55,947 nt of DNA from Actinomycetes bacterium (GCA_024644435.1 JAHEKZ010000011.1:1-55947); one strand, 5' to 3'. Positions 22,164 through 32,295 are shown, numbered from the stretch's first letter. The notes: generated from the sequence alone by a model not told the origin. Program-made: numbers and translations.

Positions 22164-24182
22164 TCAGGGCTCCATCTCCTCTTCGACCACGCGTTCGGCC
22201 TCCTCGTCAGTGGGTTCGCCACGCCGAACGGCGCCGGCGGCAAAGATCTCAGGTCGGTCGACGAGCGCATCGGACGAACGCAGCTGGTACGGCACCGACA
22301 CGACCACGACGCCAGGGGTCAGGCGCAACCGGGTCTTGACGCGGAACGCGCTCTGGTTGTGCAGCAACGTCTCCCACCACCGTCCGACGACGTACTCAGG
22401 TACGTACACGTCGACGATGTCACGGGCGTGGTCGGCTCGTTTGGCCTTGACGTACTCCACGACCGGTCGGGTGATCTCACGGTACGGCGAGTCAAGGACG
22501 CGGATCGGCACAGGAATGTTGCGCTCGTCCCACTCGGCGAGCAGGGCCTCGGTCTCCACCGGATCGACGCTGACCGTGACAGCCTCCAGCGTCGCGGGTC
22601 GGGAGGCGCGTGCGTACGCGAGAGCACGCAGCGCTGGCTTGTGCAGCTTCGACACCAGGACGACCGCATGGATCCGGGCCGGCAACATCTCGGACGACGT
22701 ATCGGCCTTCAGCTCTTCTGCCACGTTGCGGTAGTGGCGGTTGATCGCCTTCATCAGCACGTACAGCACCATCATCGCGATCACGGCCAGGTAGGCACCC
22801 CTGGTGAACTTTGTCAGCAGGACGACGATCAGCACCGACCCGGTCAGGACGAGCCCGACGGCGTTGACCCCACGCGACCGCTTCATCTTCCGCCGGACGA
22901 CTGGGTCTGGCTCGACCGCCAGATGACGGGTCCAGTGCCGCACCATGCCGATCTGGCTCATCGTGAACGAAAGAAAGACTCCAACGATGTACAGCTGGAT
23001 CAGCTTGGACACGTTGGCGTCGAAGACGATCACCAAGATGATGGCCATCCCTGCGAGCGCCAGAATGCCGTTGCTGAACGCCAGCCGGTCGCCACGGGTG
23101 TGCAGCTGACGTGGCAGGTATCCATCGCGGGCGAGGATCGAACCGAGGACCGGAAAGCCGTTGAAGGCCGTGTTGGCAGCGAGCACCAGGATCAGGGCCG
23201 TGACGGCTGAGACGAAGAGCGCCAGCGCCGGCGCGTTGCTGAAGACCGCGTTGGCCACCTGGGCAATGACCGTCTTCTGCGGCTCACCGGCCGGTAACCC
23301 GATCAGGTCACTGTCGCTCTCGGCAACCTTGACCCCGGTCTGCAGCGCCAGCCAGGTGATCGACGCGAACATCGTCATCGAGATGACACCGAGCAGCAGC
23401 AATGTCGTGGCGGCGTTCTTTGACTTCGGGGCCTCGAAGGCGGGGACACCGTTGCTGATCGCCTCGACGCCCGTCAACGCCGTGGTTCCTGACGTGAAGG
23501 CCCGCGCAACCAGGTACACCAGGGCCAACCCGGTGAACGTGTTCTCGGCCACCAGCGTCCAGTCCGCGCTCTCAGCCCGCAGCTCGCTCCCCGTGACCAG
23601 TCGGACGATCGCCCATCCGACCATGAGGAAGATCGATGCCATGAAGGCATACGTGGGAATGGCGAAGGCCGTACCTGACTCGCGAACACCCCTGAGGTTG
23701 AGGAACGTGATCACCGCGATGAGCACGACCGCGAGCACCACGGAGTGTTTTTCCAGAGGGTCATAGGCCGACACGATGTTCTGCACGGCAGCCGCGATCG
23801 ACACCGCGACCGTCATGACGTAGTCGACGAGCAAGGCACTGGCCACCACGACGCCGGAGTTGGGCCCGAGGTTGACACTGACGTTCTCGTAGTCGCCGCC
23901 CCCTGAGGGGTAGGCATGCACGTTCTGCCGGTACGAGGCCACCACGACGAAGAACACCAGCACGACCCCGGCCGCGACCCAGGGTGCGTAGTGGAAGAAC
24001 GCGACGCCACCGAGGGACAGAACGAGCAGGATCTCCTGGGTTGCGTAGGCGTTCGAGGAGAGCGCGTCGCTGGCGAAGACAGGAAGCGCGATGCGCTTGG
24101 GAAGGAGCGTCTCGCTGAGCCGTGCACTCGACTGCGGACGCCCGACAAGTGCGCGCTTGAACAGAGACGTCACGGAGGCCAC
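22164..24182 (-). CDS. APC-superfamily permease with about 200-aa C-terminal cytoplasmic extension
   Basis: 672-aa. About 12 TM helices followed by a soluble tail. Divergent from the two trkA genes, a pairing I recall as conserved in actinobacteria. Confidence 0.8.
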   Translation of the reverse strand: MASVTSLFKRALVGRPQSSARLSETLLPKRIALPVFASDALSSNAYATQEILLVLSLGGVAFFHYAPWVAAGVVLVFFVVVASYRQNVHAYPSGGGDYENVSVNLGPNSGVVVASALLVDYVMTVAVSIAAAVQNIVSAYDPLEKHSVVLAVVLIAVITFLNLRGVRESGTAFAIPTYAFMASIFLMVGWAIVRLVTGSELRAESADWTLVAENTFTGLALVYLVARAFTSGTTALTGVEAISNGVPAFEAPKSKNAATTLLLLGVISMTMFASITWLALQTGVKVAESDSDLIGLPAGEPQKTVIAQVANAVFSNAPALALFVSAVTALILVLAANTAFNGFPVLGSILARDGYLPRQLHTRGDRLAFSNGILALAGMAIILVIVFDANVSKLIQLYIVGVFLSFTMSQIGMVRHWTRHLAVEPDPVVRRKMKRSRGVNAVGLVLTGSVLIVVLLTKFTRGAYLAVIAMMVLYVLMKAINRHYRNVAEELKADTSSEMLPARIHAVVLVSKLHKPALRALAYARASRPATLEAVTVSVDPVETEALLAEWDERNIPVPIRVLDSPYREITRPVVEYVKAKRADHARDIVDVYVPEYVVGRWWETLLHNQSAFRVKTRLRLTPGVVVVSVPYQLRSSDALVDRPEIFAAGAVRRGEPTDEEAERVVEEEMEP

Positions 24183-24238
24183 GGGCGCCGAGCCTACGCC
24201 TGCGCACCTCCAGGGGCGGTGACCGCTACCGTGGGCCC

Positions 24239-24901
24239 GTGCATGTGGTGATCATGGGCTGTGGCCGCGTCGGATCGATGGTGGCAATTGAGCTCGACCG
24301 AACCGGCCATCAGGTCGTCGTCGTCGACCAGGACCCCGACTCCTTCCGCCGTCTGGGGGCTGCCTTCAGCGGACGGACGGTCACCGGAGTCGGGTTCGAC
24401 CGAGACACGTTGCTCGAGGCCGACATCGAGGTCACCGACGCCTTCGTCGCCGTCAGCAGTGGCGACAACTCCAACATCGTCTCGGCCCGGGTCGCCCGCG
24501 AGAACTTCGGCGTGTCGAACGTCGTCGCCCGGATCTACGACCCGCGCCGGGCCGAGATCTACCAGCGCCTCGGGATTCCCACCGTTGCCACAGTCCGATG
24601 GACGGCCGACCGGGTGCTACGACGCCTGATGCCGGGCGGTGTGCACGAGGACTACCGAGACCCCAGCGGTGAGGTCAGCATGGCTGAGCTGCCGGTGGCC
24701 CTGGAGTGGATTGGCCAAACCTACGCCCGGCTCGAGCAGGAGTGCGGCGTCCGGATCGGCTACATCACGCGGATCGGGCTCGGACAGCTGACGACCGCCA
24801 GCACCGTCATCCAGGAGGGTGACATCGTTCACGCACTCCTTGCGAGCGCCGACGCCTCCAGGGCCGCTGATGCTGTCTCCCGACCCCCGGAAGGACTGTG
24901 A
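24239..24901 (+). CDS. trkA: TrkA-family potassium-uptake NAD-binding protein (RCK N + C domains)
   Basis: 220-aa. VVIMGCGRVGS Rossmann motif and TrkA-C-like C-terminus. Confidence 0.9.
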   Translation: MHVVIMGCGRVGSMVAIELDRTGHQVVVVDQDPDSFRRLGAAFSGRTVTGVGFDRDTLLEADIEVTDAFVAVSSGDNSNIVSARVARENFGVSNVVARIYDPRRAEIYQRLGIPTVATVRWTADRVLRRLMPGGVHEDYRDPSGEVSMAELPVALEWIGQTYARLEQECGVRIGYITRIGLGQLTTASTVIQEGDIVHALLASADASRAADAVSRPPEGL

Positions 24902-24904
24902 CCG

Positions 24905-25570
24905 ATGCGCGTCGCCATCGCGGGTGCCGGCAAGGTCGGTCGATCGATCGCCACCGAGCTGCTCGGCCACGACCACGAAGTCCTGCTGATCGACCCTGAG
25001 GTCACCACCTACCGGGCCGACCTGGCCGCGGCCACCTGGCTTCAGGGTGACGCGTGCGAGATCTCTTCCCTCGACGAGGCGCAGCTGCAGACCTGCCAGG
25101 TCGCCATCGCGGCCACCGGTGACGACAAGGTGAACCTGGTCATCTCGTTGCTGGCGAAGACCGAGTACGGGGTCCCCCGCGTGGTTGCGCGCGTCAACCA
25201 CCCCAAGAACGAGTGGCTCTTCAACGAAGGATGGGGCGTCGACGTCGCCGTTTCGACACCCCGGTTGCTCTCCGCGCTCGTCGAAGAAGCCGTCAGCGTC
25301 GGCGATGTCGTGCGCCTGATGGAGTTCGAGCAGGGCGATGCGAACCTTGTCGAGCTCACACTGCCCGAGGACTCACCGGTGGTGGGCCTTCGCGTCGGCG
25401 ATGTCGTGCTCCCGGACGACACCGCGCTGGTCACCATCGTGCGCGACCGCCGGGTCATCACCCCCACGGCAGATGACCCCCTCGAGGCCGGCGACGAGCT
25501 GCTTTTTGTGACCTCCGACGTCTCAGAGAACGAAGTGCAGCAGACCTTCAGTCCGCATCCTCAGCGCTAG
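24905..25570 (+). CDS. trkA: TrkA-family potassium-uptake NAD-binding protein, second copy
   Basis: 221-aa. VAIAGAGKVGRS motif. Begins 3 nt after the previous stop. Confidence 0.9.
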   Translation: MRVAIAGAGKVGRSIATELLGHDHEVLLIDPEVTTYRADLAAATWLQGDACEISSLDEAQLQTCQVAIAATGDDKVNLVISLLAKTEYGVPRVVARVNHPKNEWLFNEGWGVDVAVSTPRLLSALVEEAVSVGDVVRLMEFEQGDANLVELTLPEDSPVVGLRVGDVVLPDDTALVTIVRDRRVITPTADDPLEAGDELLFVTSDVSENEVQQTFSPHPQR

Positions 25571-26243
25571 GGTCACTCACTGGCTCACCAGCAGGGTCGC
25601 CCTCGGCGCTCGGAGCGCGCTGCGGCGGTGCCTTTGTCAGGATCAGGTAGCTCATCCAGGCGACGAACGCGAAGATCGGCCAGCCCATCGCCAGCTTCAC
25701 CCAGCCGAGCGCGACGGTCATGCCCAACAGGTAGAGCGGAAGCTGCACGCCGAACCTGACGGCGAACATGCCGAACCAGAGCCAGGTGACCTGCGAGTAG
25801 GCCCTGCGACGGGCCGGGTGGTCACGCCACGTGAAGCCCTCACCCAGCAGGGGCCCAAGGATCACACCGATCAGTGGCCACCCGATGAGGATCGAGCCGA
25901 GGTACAGGGCCGCGTACCCGCCCTGCCAGATCAGTCCGGGAAGGTAGAAGTTGGCAGCGTTGCCGGTGCGCGAGGCGATGAACGCCGACAGCGCAACACC
26001 GAACATGCCACCCAGCGCGTACTTCAACGAGCCACGGCGCACGATGCGAATGACCGTCATGACCACCGCGGTGCCCAGAGCCGCCCACAGCGCGGGCTCG
26101 AGTACCTGACCGTTCACCGTGAAGATGACGATGAAGACCGCGCTCGGAAGTCCACTCTCAGCGACGCCGAGCTTGCCGCCAAGAGCGTCCTTGAGGTCGA
26201 CGCCGGCCGCAGCCCGCTCTTCGTCGCGGGTCGGCTCGGTCAC
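25548..26243 (-). CDS. DUF3159-like integral membrane protein
   Basis: 231-aa with about 6 TM helices. Position after trkA matches remembered actinobacterial synteny. Confidence 0.65.
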   Translation of the reverse strand: MTEPTRDEERAAAGVDLKDALGGKLGVAESGLPSAVFIVIFTVNGQVLEPALWAALGTAVVMTVIRIVRRGSLKYALGGMFGVALSAFIASRTGNAANFYLPGLIWQGGYAALYLGSILIGWPLIGVILGPLLGEGFTWRDHPARRRAYSQVTWLWFGMFAVRFGVQLPLYLLGMTVALGWVKLAMGWPIFAFVAWMSYLILTKAPPQRAPSAEGDPAGEPVSDPSAEDAD

Positions 26244-26647
26244 GCCACCACCGGCAGCAGCTCGTACGTGGGGTTGTACATGACGAATGCGGACCCTCGT
26301 CGGGTGACGCGACCGGAGGCGATCAGCGCTCTCCCAGGGGTGATGCCACGGATCGCACGCCGGCCCAGGAACACCAACGTCAGGACGTCAGTACCGTCGT
26401 AGAGCTCGACCTCCAGGGCCGGGACCTGGGAGCGGCAACGAAGAATCAGCGATCGAACCGTTCCCCCTACCCGCACGCCGACCGCGAGGGGCGCATCAGC
26501 AATCAACGTGGTGTGAAGCGACCCGAACTTGTGACGTAGCTCATCTGCCTCGATCTCGACCGAGCTGGGGGCGAGCCGCTCGGACAGTCGCTGCCACCAG
26601 GTGGAGCGACGCGCGGAGGACGAGGTACCGGTGGCCACAACCGGCAA
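26240..26647 (-). CDS. OB-fold nucleic-acid-binding domain protein
   Basis: 135-aa. 4-nt overlap with the downstream DUF3159-like gene. Family call from synteny and size. Confidence 0.6.
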   Translation of the reverse strand: MPVVATGTSSSARRSTWWQRLSERLAPSSVEIEADELRHKFGSLHTTLIADAPLAVGVRVGGTVRSLILRCRSQVPALEVELYDGTDVLTLVFLGRRAIRGITPGRALIASGRVTRRGSAFVMYNPTYELLPVVA

Positions 26648-26674
26648 GGCTACTCGGCGTCGATCGACGACGGG

Positions 26675-27364
26675 CTAGGCCTCCGACGGGTCGTCGACCC
26701 CACCCTCTTCGGGCACGAGCGCGGCATCGTCGGGCAGAGCAAGAGGGAGGGGGTCGCGCGGAGGAGCGGCGTGACTGCCTCGCTCGACCCGTACCCCCCG
26801 GAAGACGGCCTCGACACCCTCAGCCCGTGCCGTGTCACTGGCTCCAGGTCCGGTGACGACGCCGCGCAGGAACCAACGCTCACCGTCGAGGCCGATGAAG
26901 CGCACGGGCTGGCGATCTGATGCTTCGCCTCCCTCGGACACCTGGACCTCGGCCTGGATCTCACGGCCGAACGGGCCGTCGACCTCGCGAGCCCGACCCT
27001 GTCCCCCGCGGATCCCCTCGGCGATCTCCTGTCGCACCTCATCCCACAGGCTCTCGGACCTGGGGGCGGCAAACGCCTGCAGCTGCAGCACGGACTCGTC
27101 GACCATGACCGCCACCCCGACCACGTTCTGGTCGTCATCGAGCTCGGCGCGCACCTGCATGCCGTCAACGGCGGGAACCTTCAACGCACCGAAGTCGAGT
27201 CGTGGCTCGGCGTCGTCGTCGGTCTCCGCTGCAGCGGCTACCACCGAATCGTGCTCCTCGTCCTCGTCGTCGGTGACGTCGTCCTTGCGGTCGAACTGCT
27301 CGCTGATCGCGGCCTGAAAGGCCTGCTCCTCGGGCGTTGGGGACTTCTTACGGAAGAGCGACAT
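26675..27364 (-). CDS. DUF3710-like acidic protein
   Basis: Start placed at ATG 27364 (MSLFRKKSPTPEEQ). Asp/Glu-rich N-terminal third. Lies directly downstream of dut. Confidence 0.65.
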   Translation of the reverse strand: MSLFRKKSPTPEEQAFQAAISEQFDRKDDVTDDEDEEHDSVVAAAAETDDDAEPRLDFGALKVPAVDGMQVRAELDDDQNVVGVAVMVDESVLQLQAFAAPRSESLWDEVRQEIAEGIRGGQGRAREVDGPFGREIQAEVQVSEGGEASDRQPVRFIGLDGERWFLRGVVTGPGASDTARAEGVEAVFRGVRVERGSHAAPPRDPLPLALPDDAALVPEEGGVDDPSEA

Positions 27365-27875
27365 CAGGACTTCCTCCAGGTAGTGACGTGCTCTGGTCTG
27401 GCGCGGTGTCTGCAGATCTGCCGGTCGAGCCGAACCCACCGGCTGCGCGGGCCGATCCCGGTAGGCGGTCGACCTCGTGGAGGACCACCCGCTCCACTCG
27501 TTGCACCACGAGCTGGGCTATCCGATCACCCCGGCGTACCGAGACCGTCTGCTCAGCATCGAGATTGACCAGGGCGACCTTGACCTCGCCCCGGTAGCCA
27601 GCATCAATCGTTCCGGGAGCGTTGGCGACCGTCAGCCCCTCTCGGACCGCCAGACCGCTACGGGGATGGACGAACGCGGCGTAGCCGTCCGGAAGCGCGA
27701 TGGAGATCCCCGTGGGGAGCAGCACGCGTTCGGCAGGGGCGATCTCGGCGTCGACCGTCGAGAGCAGGTCGAGGCCGGCGTCGCCTGGATGGGCATACGT
27801 CGGCAAGGGCAGGTCGGCGTCCAGCCGAACGACCAGGACATCGACTGCGCCCGAGCCCTCCCCTGGGCCGGTCAC
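27348..27875 (-). CDS. dut: dUTP diphosphatase
   Basis: 175-aa. AHPGDAGLDL, HPRSGLA, GTIDAGYRGE, GGFGSTG. Confidence 0.9.
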   Translation of the reverse strand: MTGPGEGSGAVDVLVVRLDADLPLPTYAHPGDAGLDLLSTVDAEIAPAERVLLPTGISIALPDGYAAFVHPRSGLAVREGLTVANAPGTIDAGYRGEVKVALVNLDAEQTVSVRRGDRIAQLVVQRVERVVLHEVDRLPGSARAAGGFGSTGRSADTAPDQSTSLPGGSPDVALP

Positions 27876-28474
27876 GGGTTGACCTCGAATGCGTGCAGCA
27901 CCTCGGTCTCGTCGTGACTGGCCACGAAGCTGTCGATGTCGGACGCACGGCCGTGCTCACGAAAGTGCTCGAGCGGGACCGAGACGAAGACTGACCTGGC
28001 CGAGACCGCCAGCGCGCCCGTCGAGCCGTCGGGAGCGACCAGATGGCCCGCGGCCCGTGAGTAGATCTTGCGACCGGCAACGGCGTAGCACTCCGCGTCG
28101 ACCGACAGGGTGGATCCGACCGGGACCGGTTGTCGGTAGTCGGTCTCGAGATGGACCGTCACGACCGGCACCCGCAGGAGCCAGGTGACGGCGCCCAGCG
28201 CCTCGTCGAACGCCGCCGCCAACAGGCCGCCGTGGGCAAGTCCCGGGGCACCCTGATGGTGCTCGGTGACCTGCAGCTCGGCGTGGATCGTGCAGCCGGT
28301 CCCTGCGGTCAGCGACAGGTGAAGACCCGTGGGGTGGTCCGGTCCGCAGCCGAAGCACTGCCGGTAGTGGCTGCCGAGCGAGGTTCCTGGGGGCGGCGCG
28401 TCCGCGTGCCGAGTGGGGGGCACGGCGTGGGCGGGAGGCTCTATGGGGCGCCTGCGAGGTGGCTGCTCAGTCAC
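27872..28474 (-). CDS. PaaI/hotdog-fold thioesterase family protein
   Basis: 200-aa. HQGAPGLAHGGLLAAAFDEALG motif. Its stop overlaps the dut GTG start (GTGA). Confidence 0.65.
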   Translation of the reverse strand: MTEQPPRRRPIEPPAHAVPPTRHADAPPPGTSLGSHYRQCFGCGPDHPTGLHLSLTAGTGCTIHAELQVTEHHQGAPGLAHGGLLAAAFDEALGAVTWLLRVPVVTVHLETDYRQPVPVGSTLSVDAECYAVAGRKIYSRAAGHLVAPDGSTGALAVSARSVFVSVPLEHFREHGRASDIDSFVASHDETEVLHAFEVNP

Positions 28475-28524
28475 GTTCGGACCCTACCCGCGCCGGAGGG
28501 TCTCGCGGGTGCCACCCTGGTGAC

Positions 28525-29058
28525 GTGCCGAAGACTGCAGGTGTGGCGTACCGCGAACGCCTCACTCCCCCCTGGTGGGGGTGGGTGGCTGCGGTGTTCT
28601 GGGCACTCACGTTGGCGATCGCCTACGGGTACGCCGTGGGCCCTGCCGTCGGCATCGCCGTCGGCGTCGCCGCCTTCGCACTGGCTGCACTGGGGTTGGC
28701 GCGCGCGTCGGCCGCGGTCGTCGTCGATGACGGCGGGCTGGCGGCCGGAGCGGCGTACCTGCCGTGGGATGCGATGGGTTCGATCACAGTGCTCGACGCC
28801 GCGGCCGCCAAGGACCGTCGTGGAACCGGTGCCGACCCGCGCGCCTACCTGCTGCTGCGTGGCTGGATCCCGACGGCCGTGACCATCGGCGTTGTCGACG
28901 CACGCGACCCCACGCCGTACTGGTTCGTGTCGACCCGCACCCCGGAGCGCCTCGCTGCCGCCCTCCAGCCCGATGCGAGACGGACATCTGGGCACAGTCA
29001 CGTGTCCGACGTGGCAGGATCGAGACGGTCGTCGTCTGCCGAGGAAGGAACGCCGTGA
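28525..29058 (+). CDS. DUF3093-like membrane protein
   Basis: Start placed at the in-frame GTG 28525. Two N-terminal TM helices (WWGWVAAVFWALTLAIAYGYAVGPAVGIAVGVAAFALAALGLA). Confidence 0.6.
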   Translation: MPKTAGVAYRERLTPPWWGWVAAVFWALTLAIAYGYAVGPAVGIAVGVAAFALAALGLARASAAVVVDDGGLAAGAAYLPWDAMGSITVLDAAAAKDRRGTGADPRAYLLLRGWIPTAVTIGVVDARDPTPYWFVSTRTPERLAAALQPDARRTSGHSHVSDVAGSRRSSSAEEGTP

Positions 29059-29303
29059 GCACATCAGAGGACTCAGCAGGTCCGCCGCAGGTCGTCATCA
29101 CGCTGGTGGCGCTCGGCGCAGGGCTGGTGGCGCAGAAGGCGGTGAGTGCCGGGTGGCGTTTCATCCGCGGGACCGACCCGAGTGCCGACGACGACAGCCC
29201 GCTGCCAGAGATCTTGGTCTTCGCCGCCGTCAGCGCCGCGACAGTCGCGGTCGCCAAGAACTGGGCGACGCACCGCGCCAAGCAGATGTCGTCCTCTGCC
29301 TGA
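29055..29303 (+). CDS. DUF4235-like small membrane-associated protein
   Basis: 82 codons from GTG 29055, overlapping the previous stop (GTGA): VSTSEDSAGPPQVVITLVALGAGLVAQKAVSAGWRFIRG... Confidence 0.55.
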   Translation: MSTSEDSAGPPQVVITLVALGAGLVAQKAVSAGWRFIRGTDPSADDDSPLPEILVFAAVSAATVAVAKNWATHRAKQMSSSA

Positions 29304-29324
29304 GGGCCGACGGGGATTGGCTCG

Positions 29325-29621
29325 CTAGGCGCAGTCTTTGCAGATCGGCTGGCCACTGACCTTCTTGGCGAACTGGCTGCGGTGGTGCACGAGGAAGCAG
29401 CGCGAGCAGGTGAACTCGTCCTCCTGCTTCGGAACGACGCGAACGGTCAGCTCTTCACCGGACAGGTCTGCACCGGGCAGCTCGTGCGACTCCGCCAGCT
29501 CGGTCTCGTCGACGTCGACGGTCGAGGACGCAAGATCGGCACGTCGAGCCTTGAGCTCTTCGAGGCTGTCCTCAGAGAGCTCGTCGTCGGTCTTGCGGGG
29601 GGTGTCGTAATCGGTTGCCAT
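29325..29621 (-). CDS. DUF4193-like small acidic protein with C-terminal Cys4 motif
   Basis: Start at ATG 29621 (MATDYDTPRKTDDELSEDSLEELK). C-terminus has CSRCFLV...QPICKDC. Confidence 0.7.
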   Translation of the reverse strand: MATDYDTPRKTDDELSEDSLEELKARRADLASSTVDVDETELAESHELPGADLSGEELTVRVVPKQEDEFTCSRCFLVHHRSQFAKKVSGQPICKDCA

Positions 29622-29842
29622 GGGTTGAGGACCCCTCCTTCGAGGATCCGCTACTCCTATCGGTTCCGGTAGCTGCCGGTGTAACACATCGAGCGGGTAT
29701 TTTCTGCCCGATCGTCCCGTCAGCCAGCGGAGGCTCGGGGGCAGATTGTGCCCTAGCCTGCCCCTGCACGTCGCGTCGGATACCCCATCGGCGCGTCCAA
29801 CAGGCGATTTTTCGGTGACGACCCGGACGAAAGAGGCCCACC

Positions 29843-30361
29843 ATGGCGATATATGCCCTCGGCGACCGTACCCCCACGATCCACCCGGAAGCCTTTGTCC
29901 ACCCGGATGCCGTGGTCATCGGCGAGGTCGAATTGGGCTCAGAGGCCAGTGTCTGGCCGGGAGCGGTGCTCAGGGGCGACTACGGAACCATCTCGATCGG
30001 TTCCCGCACCTCGGTGCAGGACGGGGCCGTCATCCACGCCACGGCCGAGCTCAGCACCGTGATCGGAGCCGAGTGTGTGATTGGTCACCTTGCCCACCTG
30101 GAGGGCTGTGTGGTGGAGGACCGATGCCTCATCGGGTCGGGCTCCATCGTGCTCCACCGGGTCACGGTGCGCACGGGAGCGCTCGTGGGGGCCGGGGCGG
30201 TCGTGTCCGGGGGCACCGAGGTGCCCTCCCGGGCGTTGGCGCTCGGCGTCCCGGCGACGATCCGCACCGATGCGGTGCACGAGAACGCCTTCGACGAGAA
30301 CGTCGCCATGTACGTGGCCAACGGCCATCGCTACCGCGGCGAGCTGCGCCGTCTCGACTGA
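29843..30361 (+). CDS. Gamma-class carbonic anhydrase / hexapeptide-repeat (LbH) family protein
   Basis: 172-aa. MAIYALGDRTPTIHPEAFVHPDAVVIGEVELG followed by repeated [LIV]-G-x4 hexapeptides. His ligand context VIHA and IGHLAHLEG. Confidence 0.8.
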   Translation: MAIYALGDRTPTIHPEAFVHPDAVVIGEVELGSEASVWPGAVLRGDYGTISIGSRTSVQDGAVIHATAELSTVIGAECVIGHLAHLEGCVVEDRCLIGSGSIVLHRVTVRTGALVGAGAVVSGGTEVPSRALALGVPATIRTDAVHENAFDENVAMYVANGHRYRGELRRLD

Positions 30362-30385
30362 CGGTCCACCCCTGGTGGGCCGCCG

Positions 30386-31186
30386 CTACGGCAGGGCCCC
30401 GACCTCGGTGAGCAGGGCCTCCAGCTGTGGCGCGAGCGCCGGACCGGACGCCACCACCGTGCCGTCTGAGCGCTCTGAGACCACCGCGCCGGCCTCGCGG
30501 GCGATCAGTCCGCCGGCCGCCAGGTCCCACGGCTGCAGACCCGTCTCGAAGTAGGCATCGACGCGTCCCGCGGCGACCGAGCACAGGTCGACAGCCGCGG
30601 CCCCGGCTCGACGGATGTCGCGTACCCGACCGACCAGCTGCCCCGCCGCGACACCCTGCCGCGTCCGCACGGACGCGTCGTAGGCGAAGCCAGTAGCTAT
30701 CAGGGCCTGCGTGAGGTCGGTGCACTCCGTTGGTCGTAGCCGTCGTCGGGCTCCGTCCTCGTCGCTCCATGCCCCCATGCCCTGACTGGCCGAGAAGAGC
30801 GTGGCGACGGACGGGACCATCACCGCAGCGCCGACGACGTCTCCGCGCCACACCGCCGCGATGCTCACCGCCCAGCCGGGCAGACCGTAGAGGAAGTTCA
30901 CCGTTCCGTCGATGGGATCCACGACCCACTCCAGGTCGGCTCCGGTTCCGACGGCACGCCCCGACTCCTCGCCCCACCACCCGGCGTCCGGATAGGCCGA
31001 GAGCAGTCGGTCGCGAACCATCTCCTCGGCTTCGCGGTCAGCAGCGGTCACCACGTCAGTCGGGCCCGACTTGGTGTCGGACGCCACGGATCCGCGTTCC
31101 CGCCTCCATCGCAGCAGGTGGCTGCCGACCTCGCGCGCCGTGGCTGAGCAGATCGCTGTCAGAGCTTGGGCATCCGGGGTGGTCAC
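30386..31186 (-). CDS. suhB: Inositol monophosphatase family protein
   Basis: 266-aa. WVVDPIDGTVNFLYG and WDLAAG motifs. The symbol is assigned from remembered synteny only. Confidence 0.75.
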   Translation of the reverse strand: MTTPDAQALTAICSATAREVGSHLLRWRRERGSVASDTKSGPTDVVTAADREAEEMVRDRLLSAYPDAGWWGEESGRAVGTGADLEWVVDPIDGTVNFLYGLPGWAVSIAAVWRGDVVGAAVMVPSVATLFSASQGMGAWSDEDGARRRLRPTECTDLTQALIATGFAYDASVRTRQGVAAGQLVGRVRDIRRAGAAAVDLCSVAAGRVDAYFETGLQPWDLAAGGLIAREAGAVVSERSDGTVVASGPALAPQLEALLTEVGALP

Positions 31187-32295
31187 GGGGCAGGCGCCGG
31201 GTCAGATCCAGCCACAGCCGGGCGCAGGTGACGCAGGTTGGGGCAGCACCCGGCTGCGCATCGGTCGGGGCTGGCGGTCGAGCCGCCGATCCGGCGCCGC
31301 TCCTGCGGCGGGACCCCGTCAAGGCGCTCTCTGACGAGCTCACCCACCATCGCCACCGTGCGGAGGTCGCTGCCCGGCGTGGCGACCCGCACCATGGGCA
31401 GCCCTACCTCGTCAGCAGTGGCACGGGCCTGGGTGTCGAGGTCCCAGAGCACCTCCATGTGGTCAGACACGAACCCGATCGGCACCACCACAGCTGCGGT
31501 GCACCCGGCGGAAGCCAGGCCGCGCAGGTGCTCGTCGATGTCGGGCTCGAGCCACGGGATGTGCGGCGGGCCACTCCTCGACTGGTAGACGAGGTCCCAC
31601 TCCAGATGCGTGCCGGTCTGCTGGGCGACGGCGGACGCTACGTACTCGGCCACCTCGCGGTGCTGCCGGACATAGGCACCGCCGACCAACCCGGTGTCGG
31701 CCCCGCTGCTGTCGGCCATCGCTTCGGGGATCGAGTGGGTGGTGAAGACCAGTCGCGCTCCGGCGCGGGCCGCCTCGTCGAGCCCCCGGACGGCGTCCGA
31801 GGTGGCGTCCGCGAACGGTTCGACGAAGCCGGGGTGGTTGAAGTACGGGCCGAGTCGCTCAATCGCGGGCGCACCATCGATCTCGGAGAGGGCAGCGGCC
31901 AGGTTCTCGCGGTACTGCCGACATCCGCTGTAGGACGAGTACGCCGACGTGAAGAAGGCGAGCACTCGCCGGACGCCGTCGGCGCGCATCTGACGGACGG
32001 CGTCGGTGAGAAAGGGGGTCCAGTTCCTGTTTCCCCAGTAGACCGGCAGCTCGAGTCCCTGGTGTGGCAGCTCGTTGCGCAGCGCCGCGATGAACTCACG
32101 GTTCTGGTCGTTGATCGGGCTCACGCCGCCGAAATGGAAGTAGTGCTGCCCGACCTCGCGGAGCCGCTCGTCGGGGATTCCGCGGCCGCGCGTCACGTTC
32201 TGCAGGAACGGCACGACGTCAGCGGGCCCCTCCGGGCCACCGAACGAGACGACGAGCAGTGCGTCGACATCGGCATCGGCCACCCCATCGGTCAT
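31183..32295 (-). CDS. hemH: Ferrochelatase (coproporphyrin ferrochelatase type)
   Basis: Start placed at ATG 32295 (MTDGVADADVDALLVVSFGGPEGPADVVPFL). TTHSIPEAMA motif. 4-nt overlap with the IMPase gene. Confidence 0.88.
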   Translation of the reverse strand: MTDGVADADVDALLVVSFGGPEGPADVVPFLQNVTRGRGIPDERLREVGQHYFHFGGVSPINDQNREFIAALRNELPHQGLELPVYWGNRNWTPFLTDAVRQMRADGVRRVLAFFTSAYSSYSGCRQYRENLAAALSEIDGAPAIERLGPYFNHPGFVEPFADATSDAVRGLDEAARAGARLVFTTHSIPEAMADSSGADTGLVGGAYVRQHREVAEYVASAVAQQTGTHLEWDLVYQSRSGPPHIPWLEPDIDEHLRGLASAGCTAAVVVPIGFVSDHMEVLWDLDTQARATADEVGLPMVRVATPGSDLRTVAMVGELVRERLDGVPPQERRRIGGSTASPDRCAAGCCPNLRHLRPAVAGSDPAPAP

